Shown here piece after piece: positions 36,691 to 45,549 of a DNA stretch of 64,000 nucleotides. Location of the stretch: assembly GCA_001792345.1 (NCBI GenBank), contig MGGJ01000013.1:85371-149370 (forward strand). Reading direction: 5' to 3'. The notes under the pieces are model-generated. The model had not been told where the DNA came from. It saw nothing but the letters and a program-made list of their open reading frames with translations, and searched no databases. The first letter of the stretch is position 1; every line of letters starts with the position of its first letter. This stretch comes from Candidatus Woesebacteria bacterium RIFCSPHIGHO2_01_FULL_39_32. GTDB taxonomy: Bacteria > Patescibacteriota > Microgenomatia > UBA8517. The translations under genes and the position numbers were made by a program.

Positions 36691-38265
36691 TTAGCTTCCA
36701 AATATCTCTTTGGCGACTTTAATTATATCCTCATCCTTGCTGTCAGTCAAAATTACATCGGATGCATCAGAACTTTCTGTTTTCAACTCTACCTTCTCTT
36801 CCATCTTTTTAACTGGGGGTTCAGTTAATGTACAAACTACTCTTATCCTACCTCCCAAAATAGTTTCTAAACCATCCTCAAGAATATCTCTGTGGGGGTT
36901 TGCTTCTAAGCGTTCCTTATGAAAACGGTAATATACTCCCAAAGTTAAAACCTTTCCATCAAAGTCGATTGGTTTCGAAGCACGCAGTAGTGCCTCAGTC
37001 GAAGCGTTTCGAGGCCTTATCTCTGTCAAGACTCTTCCCCAAACTTTTTCAATTACATCGCTATCGTAGTCCCCATTAGATGCTTTTTTTACCTCAGGAG
37101 GCACTTGATTTTCTGATATATCACTCTCTTTTACCTCCGTACTTTTCTGGGCCGCCTGAGATTTCCCTCCTACCTCCGACTTTTTTTCGGTATCTGCATT
37201 TTTAATTTTTTTATCGTCGTCCAAAGGACGATCAGCCTCTGACTGACACCACTCGACAATCACTATCTCAAGGGGAACTTGCTCCAGGGTAGCCGTGTGT
37301 ATATGGGATAAGCTAGCCGACATCAGTTTGATTAACGTTATTAATTCCTCCTTAGAAAAGTATCTAAGTTCGTTTCCGTTTAAACCTATTTCGCTCATCA
37401 ACGCTTCTCTTAGTCTTTGTATTATCAAATTTGTCATGCTCTTAACTGAGAATCCAAGAGCAACAGATTTTTCAATTTCTGAGAGAGCTGATTTATCATC
37501 TTTTCTACCTAAGATTTCTAAAAATTCATCAACTTTAAATGATTTTATATTGTATAAAAACTCTTCAACTTCGGGAGCAGCAATTGACTTTCCCTCCATA
37601 AGAAGTTGCTCGGTTAATTTAATCGCATCTCTGAAGGAACCATCTGACTCCCTTGCTATAAGCTCGAGAGCCTCTTTTTCGGCTTTTATTTTCTCTCCCT
37701 TAACTACTCTCTCCAAAGATCTAACAATCTCAACAATGCTTCCCTTCTTAAAAATAACATTAGTTGCACGAGAACGAATTGTTTCAATCAATTTTTCGGG
37801 ATTTGTAGTTGCCAAAATAAACATAACGTGCTCGGGTGGTTCCTCTAAAGTTTTCAAGAGGGCATTTGAAGCTTCGGTTGTTAGCATATGTGCTTCGTCA
37901 ATAATGTAAACTTTCTTTTTTGCCTTAGCGGGAGAGAGTTTTACCGCATCGCGAAGAGCTCGTATGTCATCGATTCCCCGATGACTTGCGGCGTCGAGTT
38001 CAATAACATCAAGATTTTCTCCTTTTGCAATAGATATGCATTGATCACATATATTACAAGGTTCTCCACCAGCCGGCGGATTTTCGCAGTTAACAATTTT
38101 CGCTAATATCCTTGCAGCAGAAGTCTTTCCCGTTCCCTTTGGGCCGGAAAAAAGAAAGGCATGTGGAATATCGCCTTTGACAACAATTTTCTTTAATGAC
38201 TCACGAACGTTTTCCAGATCAAGTTCGTCAAGAGTTTGAGATCGGTATTTAAGATAAAGTGTCAT
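36691..38265 (-). CDS. dnaX: DNA polymerase III subunit gamma/tau
   Basis: AAA+ Walker A GPKGTGKTSAARILA, Zn module CENPPAGGEPCNICDQC, and sensor motifs. Confidence 0.9.
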   Translation of the reverse strand: MTLYLKYRSQTLDELDLENVRESLKKIVVKGDIPHAFLFSGPKGTGKTSAARILAKIVNCENPPAGGEPCNICDQCISIAKGENLDVIELDAASHRGIDDIRALRDAVKLSPAKAKKKVYIIDEAHMLTTEASNALLKTLEEPPEHVMFILATTNPEKLIETIRSRATNVIFKKGSIVEIVRSLERVVKGEKIKAEKEALELIARESDGSFRDAIKLTEQLLMEGKSIAAPEVEEFLYNIKSFKVDEFLEILGRKDDKSALSEIEKSVALGFSVKSMTNLIIQRLREALMSEIGLNGNELRYFSKEELITLIKLMSASLSHIHTATLEQVPLEIVIVEWCQSEADRPLDDDKKIKNADTEKKSEVGGKSQAAQKSTEVKESDISENQVPPEVKKASNGDYDSDVIEKVWGRVLTEIRPRNASTEALLRASKPIDFDGKVLTLGVYYRFHKERLEANPHRDILEDGLETILGGRIRVVCTLTEPPVKKMEEKVELKTESSDASDVILTDSKDEDIIKVAKEIFGS

Positions 38266-38693
38266 TCGTGGTGTTCTCCCAATAAGTGTGCCGCTCCATG
38301 CTCGGCTAATTCAATAACCTTATCGTCAATTAGTCTTCCTTGGCTTTTCGCTTCATCTACTACTTTAGGATAACAAATGATAATATCCCCAAGGTGAATT
38401 ACGTTATCGGGGGGTTCAACGAATGTATCGGTCTCCATAAATGGAAAAGACAAGACATTATGAACAATATTATTTTCTTTTAAATACGTATGGGCTAGAC
38501 TAATCATTTTCTTTTCTCCAACTATCGAAAGCGAAACGTCGGCATTAGAAACTATTCCAGCTTTAATAAAATACTCCTGAAGTTTTTTTTTAACTTTTGG
38601 AGTATTAACTGCAAAATTTCCTTGCTTTTTTACGTAAACCCTTATCATAAACATAGTTTGTGACAAGCTTTGCTTATCATAGGCATTAGGCAA
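38262..38693 (-). CDS. ybeY: rRNA maturation endoribonuclease YbeY
   Basis: VLSFP and the H-x-x-x-H-x-x-x-x-x-H motif (EHGAAHLLGEHH). The track start is a TTG. The real start is probably an internal ATG near 38650 (MFMIRV). Confidence 0.7.
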   Translation of the reverse strand: MPNAYDKQSLSQTMFMIRVYVKKQGNFAVNTPKVKKKLQEYFIKAGIVSNADVSLSIVGEKKMISLAHTYLKENNIVHNVLSFPFMETDTFVEPPDNVIHLGDIIICYPKVVDEAKSQGRLIDDKVIELAEHGAAHLLGEHHE

Positions 38694-38750
38694 TAGTAAT
38701 TAGGCAATAGATAAATATGGAACTAGTGCCTAGTGCCTAGTGCCTCTTTT
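38650..38750 (-). repeat. Heptamer-repeat hairpin at the yqeY/ybeY junction
   Basis: GGCATTAGGCAATAGTAATTAGGCAATAG ...loop... CTAGTGCCTAGTGCCTAGTGCC. The arm encodes the YqeY C-terminus EALGTRH. Confidence 0.55.
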
Positions 38751-39202
38751 ACTTTCTCCGCTACCCTTTTTCCATCTGCCCTTCCTTTTGATTTTTGCAT
38801 AACAGTACCTATCACTTTTCCCATATCTTTCATTTCGTTAGCACCCGTTTCCTTTATCGCTTCGTCAACAAAATTTTGAAGTTCCTCGTCTGATAATTCC
38901 TCTGGTAAATACTTTTTTAAAATCTCGAGTTCTTTCTCTTCTTGCTCCAGTCTATCTTCCATGCGTGTTTCATTAGAACTAGTAAGTCTGCCTCGAGCCT
39001 GTAGAAGTGACTCAATTGCGTCAGTCCTTTTTTTTGCTTCGCGTTTTACTACAACCAATTCTTCTTCTTTCGATAAATCGTGTTGCTTAGCAATTTTTTC
39101 GTAATTTAGAGCCGAAGAAAGCATACGTAGCGTTGATAATCTTATTTCGTCACGACTTTTAAGTGCCTCAGTAATTTTTTGATTGATATTATCAGCAATC
39201 AT
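38723..39202 (-). CDS. GatB/YqeY-domain protein
   Basis: N-terminal YqeY-like helical domain. Confidence 0.7.
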   Translation of the reverse strand: MIADNINQKITEALKSRDEIRLSTLRMLSSALNYEKIAKQHDLSKEEELVVVKREAKKRTDAIESLLQARGRLTSSNETRMEDRLEQEEKELEILKKYLPEELSDEELQNFVDEAIKETGANEMKDMGKVIGTVMQKSKGRADGKRVAEKVKEALGTRH

Positions 39203-39519
39203 ACTGCCCTATCCGATGTAACATCACCCAAGAAATGAACGTGCATATGAGAGATAACAGAAGCATCTCCAACATTATGAACTATCCGAAAACCACTTAG
39301 AGCCTTCGCCCTGGCTATGCTTACAGCAACATCCTTAATTTCATTCCACAATATATTTTCGGCTTCACTCATGTCTTTAATATGTTTTTTGGGGACAACG
39401 AGAAGATGGATTGCTGCTTGGGGATTGATATCTTTGAAGACTACGAGGTTTTCGGTTTCTTTTTCAAACTTAGTCCCCATTTGACCTTTTACAATTTTAC
39501 AGAAGATACAATCATCCAT
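39199..39519 (-). CDS. HIT-family nucleotide hydrolase
   Basis: CIFCKI and a histidine triad (HMHVHFLG). Confidence 0.8.
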   Translation of the reverse strand: MDDCIFCKIVKGQMGTKFEKETENLVVFKDINPQAAIHLLVVPKKHIKDMSEAENILWNEIKDVAVSIARAKALSGFRIVHNVGDASVISHMHVHFLGDVTSDRAV

Positions 39520-39560
39520 TGCCTTATCAATATACCAACTTGTGAAAACTTCGACAAGAC

Positions 39561-40550
39561 CTAAAGAAGCGAAATTATTGCTTTTGCGAGTTTATTGGAA
39601 TCATGGCGTACAAGACTTCGGGCTAGTCTGTCCGAAGAAGGTTTTTCATAAAACTCATTAGATACAAAATTCGTTCTTATTATTTTGGCGTTCGTAACTT
39701 CACTTAAATTATCTTTCACCGGCTTTGCTTTTACCCTTTTATACCACTGCCTTGCTTTTTGGGGAATTTTCCCATTATTAATTAAAACAAAGTCAATATT
39801 CCCCTTTCCCAAATAATTTTCCATTTCTTCCAAATAATCTTTTGCAGTGTAATCGTTTGTCTGTCCGTAGCGTGTCATGAGATTCATTACAAAAACCACT
39901 TTACCTTTAGCTGCTTTGATTGCCTTGACAATTCCGTCAATGACTAAGTTAGGTAATACACTCGTATAGAGATCCCCCGGTCCCAAAACGATTAAATCAG
40001 CTTCTTTAATTTCTTTTATTGCTTTCGGATTAGCCTTTGCTTTCGGAAAGACATCAATGTGTACTATTTTTAACTTAGCCAGCTCCTCGGGAGGTTCATC
40101 AATAGCATGTTCCCCTAATACCTGCTTCTCATTTTCGTAAAGTGCAACAAGATTAGTGTTATCATATGTAACAGGGATAATTTTCCCTTGTACATCCAAA
40201 AACTCGCAGGTTTTTTCAATGGCCTTCTCCTGGGAACCGTAAATATCAGTGAGTGCTGCCATAAAAAGATTTCCGAAAGTCATACCGGTAATTCCGGTTC
40301 CTGCATTGTAACGATAAGTAAAAAGCTCTCTTACAATCTCGCTTGGTTTTTCGGAGGAAAGTGCAACCATGCACTGACGCAAATCTGAAGTCGGAAGAAG
40401 TCCAAATTCATCTCGAATCACGCGATTACTCCCTCCCGAATCCATCATGGAAACAATTACAGAAAGATCGACTTCATACTTTTTAAGCCCTAATAGAACG
40501 GTGTAAGTTCCCGTACCTCCACCAATTACTACTATTGTTTTCTTTTTCAC
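39561..40550 (-). CDS. YvcK/CofD-like gluconeogenesis-factor family protein (UPF0052)
   Basis: N-terminal IVVIGGGTG and overall length fit. Confidence 0.75.
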   Translation of the reverse strand: MKKKTIVVIGGGTGTYTVLLGLKKYEVDLSVIVSMMDSGGSNRVIRDEFGLLPTSDLRQCMVALSSEKPSEIVRELFTYRYNAGTGITGMTFGNLFMAALTDIYGSQEKAIEKTCEFLDVQGKIIPVTYDNTNLVALYENEKQVLGEHAIDEPPEELAKLKIVHIDVFPKAKANPKAIKEIKEADLIVLGPGDLYTSVLPNLVIDGIVKAIKAAKGKVVFVMNLMTRYGQTNDYTAKDYLEEMENYLGKGNIDFVLINNGKIPQKARQWYKRVKAKPVKDNLSEVTNAKIIRTNFVSNEFYEKPSSDRLARSLVRHDSNKLAKAIISLL

Positions 40551-41812
40551 TAAGAAAGTTTATTAACAATCTGACCTAATGACAAAAGCTCAGTATTATC
40601 TTTAATTCTCTCTTTCCACTCAATTTTAGCACCTGTATTTTCAGAAATGACTAATCTAACCGGAATTCCGATGAGATCTGCGTCTGCAAATTTTTCCCCA
40701 GCAGACACTTCCCTATCATCCCAAAGAACTTCTATCCCCGCGTTTCCTAATTTCTCATAAACTTCCCGAGCAAGATTTTGGATTTTGGATTTTGGATTTT
40801 GGATTTGAAGAAGGTGTGCCTCAAAAGGTGCTATCGTTTTATTCCAAATAATTCCCTTTTCATCATGACTCACCTCAACCCAAGCCCCCATTACACGAGT
40901 CGAACCTATTCCATAACTTCCAAACCAAATCGGCTTTTTCTTACCTTCTTTATCAGTGTAATAGACTCTCATTCTCTCTGCATACCAAGTACCCAGTGGA
41001 AAAATGTTCCCAACCTCAATTGACTTGGATTCGACAATTTTCCCCTTCTTGCACTTCTGGCATTTATCTCCCTTTTTACCTTTAAATATTTCTTTATTTT
41101 GCCCCCAACCACACGAATCACAATAATAGATAGTATCCTCTCCCCCTTCAGAAATAACCTGGAATTCGTGTGTATACTTATCAGTAAAAACTCCACCCGA
41201 AGCCTCAATCACCCTAAAATCAAATCCAAGCCTTTGGAAAATTTTGGAATATGCTTCTTTGGCCCTCTCATAGTAATCCATTAAATCTTTTTCTGTTGAA
41301 TGTGCAGAATAAAGATCTTTCATCATAAATTCCCTACCCCGAAGTATTCCACTTTTAGTTCTCAATTCATTCCTAAACTTAGTAGAAAAGTGATACAGAT
41401 AGACTGGTAAATCCGCATGGCTTACAACATTTTTTCGGAGTAAATCCATTACAATCTCTTCATGCGTGAATGAAAGGGCATACTCTCTACCAGCCTGATC
41501 TTTAAATTGATACATCACATCCTTGGCCTTATCCCAACGACCCGTTTCACTCCATATACTTTTAGGATGCCGCAGAGGCATAAGAAGTTCCTGCCCTCCA
41601 ATAGCATTCATTTCTTCACGGATAATGTTATTTATCTTTTGTATAACACGCCAACCAAGAGGAAGTAGGGTCCAACCACCTGCCATCAGCTGATCTATAA
41701 ATCCACCTCGGACTAGGTATTTATGATTAACGCTCTCCGCTTCCCTTGGTGCCTCTTTTTTTGTTTTAGGAAAGAGTTTAGATTGCAACATATTAATATA
41801 ATTTACCACCAA
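40550..41812 (-). CDS. proS: Prolyl-tRNA synthetase, minimal bacterial-type with no INS editing domain
   Basis: Colinear with bacterial ProRS (WTLLPLGWRV..., motif 2 FRNELRTKSGILRGREFMMKD, motif 3). A CxxC-x17-CxxC mini-insert sits at the usual INS position. Anticodon-binding C-terminus. Confidence 0.85.
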   Translation of the reverse strand: MVVNYINMLQSKLFPKTKKEAPREAESVNHKYLVRGGFIDQLMAGGWTLLPLGWRVIQKINNIIREEMNAIGGQELLMPLRHPKSIWSETGRWDKAKDVMYQFKDQAGREYALSFTHEEIVMDLLRKNVVSHADLPVYLYHFSTKFRNELRTKSGILRGREFMMKDLYSAHSTEKDLMDYYERAKEAYSKIFQRLGFDFRVIEASGGVFTDKYTHEFQVISEGGEDTIYYCDSCGWGQNKEIFKGKKGDKCQKCKKGKIVESKSIEVGNIFPLGTWYAERMRVYYTDKEGKKKPIWFGSYGIGSTRVMGAWVEVSHDEKGIIWNKTIAPFEAHLLQIQNPKSKIQNLAREVYEKLGNAGIEVLWDDREVSAGEKFADADLIGIPVRLVISENTGAKIEWKERIKDNTELLSLGQIVNKLS

Positions 41813-42128
41813 TTACCGCTTCGTGCTTATCCGGAACCACAAGCACGCATTCGTGCTCATCGTCAGGCACACCCAATGTTAAAACTTCTGACTTAAAAGG
41901 TCCAATTTGTTTTTCAGGAAAGTTAACCACTCCCAGAATCTTTTTGCCCTCTAAATCTTCTTTTTTATAATATTTAACAAGTTGGGCGCTAGATTTTTTG
42001 ATACCAATTTCAGAGCCAAAATCAATTGTCAGTATATATGAAGGCTTCCTTGCTTCAGGGAAATCTTCAACCCCAACAATCTTTCCGACTCTTATATCTA
42101 GCTTTAAAAAATCGTCATAAGTTACCAT
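41793..42128 (-). CDS. Stand-alone tRNA-binding domain protein (CsaA/Trbp111-like)
   Basis: FLKLDIRVGKIV and an OB-fold tRNA-binding (Myf) domain signature. Confidence 0.7.
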   Translation of the reverse strand: MVTYDDFLKLDIRVGKIVGVEDFPEARKPSYILTIDFGSEIGIKKSSAQLVKYYKKEDLEGKKILGVVNFPEKQIGPFKSEVLTLGVPDDEHECVLVVPDKHEAVIGGKLY

Positions 42129-42174
42129 TAATTATTCACCTTCCTTCATTATTACATTTATTGTTGACCAATAA

Positions 42175-42430
42175 AAAAAGCCCTTGCAAACCAATAAACT
42201 CCCAATTATTAGTTCACAAGGGCCCTTCGACTTTGCTCAGGACTGTACCACCTTGTTCTTGTTACTCCATCGCTAAAGTAACCTTACTAGCTGGCTCCAA
42301 TAGTTATCGACACCAGCGTCTCTATTTTACGGTAGGGCTTCCGTACTGCTCGTCGCAGTCTGCTCATTTGGCGGGAAACCAAATTCTAACGCTTTATTTA
42401 ATTGTTAATAGAAAAAGTATAACAGAAATA
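42175..42430 (-). ncRNA. Candidate structured small RNA or leader (unassigned class) in an unusually long GC-richer gap
   Basis: A 300-bp non-coding gap in a tightly packed region. It appears GC-richer than its surroundings. At its minus-strand 3' end is a hairpin GCCCTTG..CAAGGGC followed by TTTTTTT. It contains one copy of the CCTTCGACT..GCTCAGGAC palindromic element. Confidence 0.25.
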
Positions 42431-42434
42431 TCGT

Positions 42435-43535
42435 TTATTTCAACACTGTCTCAATATATCCAGCAATTCCACCACCTGTAACAAGTTTTTGAATGTCATG
42501 CGCAGTTACCGCCAAGATAAGTAGTATCAAAATAATCATACCCACAGTGTGAACTAAGTGTTCAACCCTCGGAACAACTTTCCTGCCAAATAGGGATTCG
42601 ATTGCTATAAAAAGAAGTCTTCCACCATCAAGGGCCGGGAATGGCATGGCGTTAAGTATCGCAAGATTAACCGAAAGAACGCCTAAGAAATTAATTAACG
42701 ATAAGGCTCCGAACTTTGCAGCTTGAGAGGTTAGTGCAAAAATACCTACAGGACCCGCCACGTCTTTAGGTACAACCCCGATAAATAAATCTTTAAATAT
42801 TTGGAAAAATCCCGTTAAGACAATCTGGCCCCAAAAGATTGCTTCCTTGAAACCATAATAGACTCCGATAAAAGGCCGCTGCCAAATTGGGGGGTAATAA
42901 AGTTCGATGTTGCTAATTAAAACTCCCAATGCCCCTTCCCCCTCTGGAGGATCGGAACGTGGAATTGCTTTAAAGCTCCTAGTTTCCCCGTCTCTTAAAA
43001 TAGTAATTGAAATTTCTTCTCCCTGTTTCTCGTCCACCAAGCTAATAAGATCACTGTTGGATTTGATAGTCTTCCCATTGATATCCTTGACTATATCGGC
43101 CACTTTAAGACCTGATATATCTGCGGGTGAACCTTCTCTTATCTCTATAACATGAACGTTTTCAGATTCCCGAGGAATTCCTGAAAACGAATATACAATC
43201 GAAAAGGCAAAAATTGCTAGAGCAAAATTCATAAAAACACCCGCCAAGATAATAACTAGTCTTTGAAATTTTCCTTTATGAAGAAATGCTCTATCTGAGT
43301 TGGTAATTTCTTCTTCGGTATTTTCTCCGTGAAGTCTAACAAATCCTCCGAAAGGCAAAAGATTAATGGAATATATAGTTTCACCAATCTTTTTTCCCAA
43401 TACTCTCGGAGGTAGCCCAAAGCCAAATTCCTCAACCCAAACCCCAGCTCTACGGGAAGCTATGAAATGCCCAAACTCGTGAACAAGAACAAGAATCGAT
43501 AATACTATTAAAAAAGTAAGTACCGAAATAAGCAT
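42435..43535 (-). CDS. rseP: Site-2 protease RseP (M50) with PDZ
   Basis: HEFGH zinc motif in TM1, an internal PDZ, and the LDGG motif. Confidence 0.8.
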   Translation of the reverse strand: MLISVLTFLIVLSILVLVHEFGHFIASRRAGVWVEEFGFGLPPRVLGKKIGETIYSINLLPFGGFVRLHGENTEEEITNSDRAFLHKGKFQRLVIILAGVFMNFALAIFAFSIVYSFSGIPRESENVHVIEIREGSPADISGLKVADIVKDINGKTIKSNSDLISLVDEKQGEEISITILRDGETRSFKAIPRSDPPEGEGALGVLISNIELYYPPIWQRPFIGVYYGFKEAIFWGQIVLTGFFQIFKDLFIGVVPKDVAGPVGIFALTSQAAKFGALSLINFLGVLSVNLAILNAMPFPALDGGRLLFIAIESLFGRKVVPRVEHLVHTVGMIILILLILAVTAHDIQKLVTGGGIAGYIETVLK

Positions 43536-43662
43536 AGTAGAAGGATAGCATTTTTAACTCAAATGTTAAAACTCAAATCGCAAATCCATGCTGAAAACTT
43601 AATAACTCTAAAGATAAAAAGGTTTGAGATATGGTTTTGAACTTTAAGATATGAGTTTTGAG
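43536..43662 (-). repeat. Heptamer-repeat (CTCAAAA) hairpin at the frr/rseP junction
   Basis: TTTAACTCAAATGTTAAAACTCAAAT ... ATGAGTTTTGAGTTAAA inverted arms, starting at the frr stop codon. Confidence 0.5.
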
Positions 43663-44217
43663 TTAAATCTGAAGTAGTTCCTGTTCTTTCTTCTTGCCGA
43701 TCTCTTCGATATTTGTTATAAACTCGTCGGTAATTTCCTGCAAAAGTTTCTCTTGGTTAAATTTATCGTCCTCACTAAGCTCTTTTTTTTCGAAGCTTTG
43801 CTTTATGTCCCGCATTCCATCTCCCCTAATTTGCCGAATCATAATCCGTCCGTTTTCCAGCTTTGTGTGAAGAAGCTTTACATACCTTTCTCTATCCTCA
43901 GATGTTAGTGGAGGCAAGCTTATTCTAATCAATTCACCGTCGATTGATGGGTTCAAACCGATATTTGCGGCCAAAATACCCTGACGAATCTCTCCAATAA
44001 TAGACTTATCCCAAGGTTCAATATTTAAAGTTTGTGGATCGGGGGCCGTAATTGTAGCAAGCTCCTGAATTTTTAACTTTTGTGTTCCTCCATACACTCC
44101 CACACCTAATCCTTCTACAAGTGAGGGGGTTGCTCGACCGGTTCTTATTGAAGAAACATCAGAAGTAATCATCTCCAAAACCTGCTGCATCCGAGATCGT
44201 ATTGAATCCTCGTCCAT
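43663..44217 (-). CDS. frr: Ribosome recycling factor
   Basis: Colinear with RRF along its whole length. Confidence 0.9.
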   Translation of the reverse strand: MDEDSIRSRMQQVLEMITSDVSSIRTGRATPSLVEGLGVGVYGGTQKLKIQELATITAPDPQTLNIEPWDKSIIGEIRQGILAANIGLNPSIDGELIRISLPPLTSEDRERYVKLLHTKLENGRIMIRQIRGDGMRDIKQSFEKKELSEDDKFNQEKLLQEITDEFITNIEEIGKKKEQELLQI

Positions 44218-44218
44218 T

Positions 44219-44674
44219 TTACTTCTGCCCTAATTCTACACGAAAGATTCTACCAATGCGAGCGTTTTCTCCAGTTTTTGCGATAACCTCTTTTACTAAA
44301 TCTTCCACTATTTTCGACGGATCTTTGATGAATTCTTGTTTCTCGAAATCCTTTTCTCCCATTGACGCAACCTGCATTGCTAAATCGTGTGCCAGGTTTT
44401 GGAAAAGTTCGTTTCTTGCTACAAAATCGGTTTCACAAAAAAGCTCGATTACCCCAACAACCTTTTGGTTATGATGTGCGTATGTGGCAACTATTCCTTC
44501 CGAAGTTTCACGCCTAACCCTTTTTGCAACTTTTTCAAATCCTTCTTTTCTCAAAATCTCTTCGGCTTTTTTCATATCACCTTTAAGCTCCTCAAGAACC
44601 TTTTTTGTTCTCATAACTGGAGCACCTGTGTCCTCTTTTAATTCTCGGATTTGATCGACTGTAATTTTTGTCAT
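44219..44674 (-). CDS. tsf: Elongation factor Ts (short form)
   Basis: N-terminal UBA-like TKITVDQIRELKEDTGAPVMRTKKVL. 151 aa. Confidence 0.8.
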   Translation of the reverse strand: MTKITVDQIRELKEDTGAPVMRTKKVLEELKGDMKKAEEILRKEGFEKVAKRVRRETSEGIVATYAHHNQKVVGVIELFCETDFVARNELFQNLAHDLAMQVASMGEKDFEKQEFIKDPSKIVEDLVKEVIAKTGENARIGRIFRVELGQK

Positions 44675-44687
44675 ATTTATATGTTTT

Positions 44688-45398
44688 TTAGCTTTTCTGT
44701 TTCTCAGTTTTTTTCTTACTTCCTTTTCCTTCGATAATCGTTTCTCCCATCAATTCCAATACGTATTCAACTGCTCGAGTTGCGTCATCGTTCATTGGAA
44801 TAGGATAGTCCAAGTCCGTTGGATCACTATTGGAATCAACTATTCCTACAGTTGTAACTCCACTTGCGATGGCTTCTTTGACTGCAGTTATTTCGCGTCT
44901 AACATCAACTATAACTAAAAGATCGGGTAGTTTTTGCATTCCAACGAGTCCTCCAAAAAATCGTATCAATCTTTGAACTTCACGATCGATAAGGAGTCTT
45001 TCTTTTTTTGTGTAACCCTTATACTCTCCTGACTCAAGTCCCTTTTTCATCTCTTCCAATTTCTGGAGGGACCTTTTTACCTGCTCAAAGTTGGTTAAAA
45101 TTCCACCTAGCCAGCGCTCGTTTATAAAAAAACTACCGGAATCCTCCGCAACTTTTTTAATTTGCTCTTTTGCTTGTTTTTTGGTTCCGACGAAAAGAAT
45201 TGTTTTACCTTCCTTTGAAGCTGTTTTAAGAACATTCAACGCCTCATCTAGTGCTTCTTTAGTTTTCGTTAAATCAAAAATGTGGATACCGTCTTTTTCT
45301 CCGTAAATAAACTCCTTCATTTTCGGATTCCAACGACGGGTCTGATGCCCGAAATGAGCACCCGACGCAATAAGTTCTTTAAGCGATACCTCTGGCAT
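44688..45398 (-). CDS. rpsB: 30S ribosomal protein S2
   Basis: LIASGAHFGHQTRRWNP, colinear with S2. Confidence 0.9.
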   Translation of the reverse strand: MPEVSLKELIASGAHFGHQTRRWNPKMKEFIYGEKDGIHIFDLTKTKEALDEALNVLKTASKEGKTILFVGTKKQAKEQIKKVAEDSGSFFINERWLGGILTNFEQVKRSLQKLEEMKKGLESGEYKGYTKKERLLIDREVQRLIRFFGGLVGMQKLPDLLVIVDVRREITAVKEAIASGVTTVGIVDSNSDPTDLDYPIPMNDDATRAVEYVLELMGETIIEGKGSKKKTEKQKS

Positions 45399-45549
45399 AA
45401 TATGGATTGGTTCCTTGTACCTCTACCCGAAGCTAAGAAGCCCCATAGGAGTCCTTCAGGAACCTGCTTCAGATATGCGTATTCTCCTAAATAATTAGGA
45501 GTGAGAGTATTGTAACAATATCAAAGCCGTTTTACAATATTAAAAAGAT

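Noticed and set aside
37295-38106. Plus-strand ORFs of 204 and 72 aa antisense to dnaX
   Set aside because: They are embedded in dnaX and have Ser/Ile-rich low-complexity translations typical of an AT-rich antisense frame.
40771-40805. Phase-variable switch in proS via heptamer slippage
   Set aside because: proS is essential, and frameshifting copy-number changes would be lethal. It is more likely a fixed insertion footprint. It is kept as a low-interest finding only.
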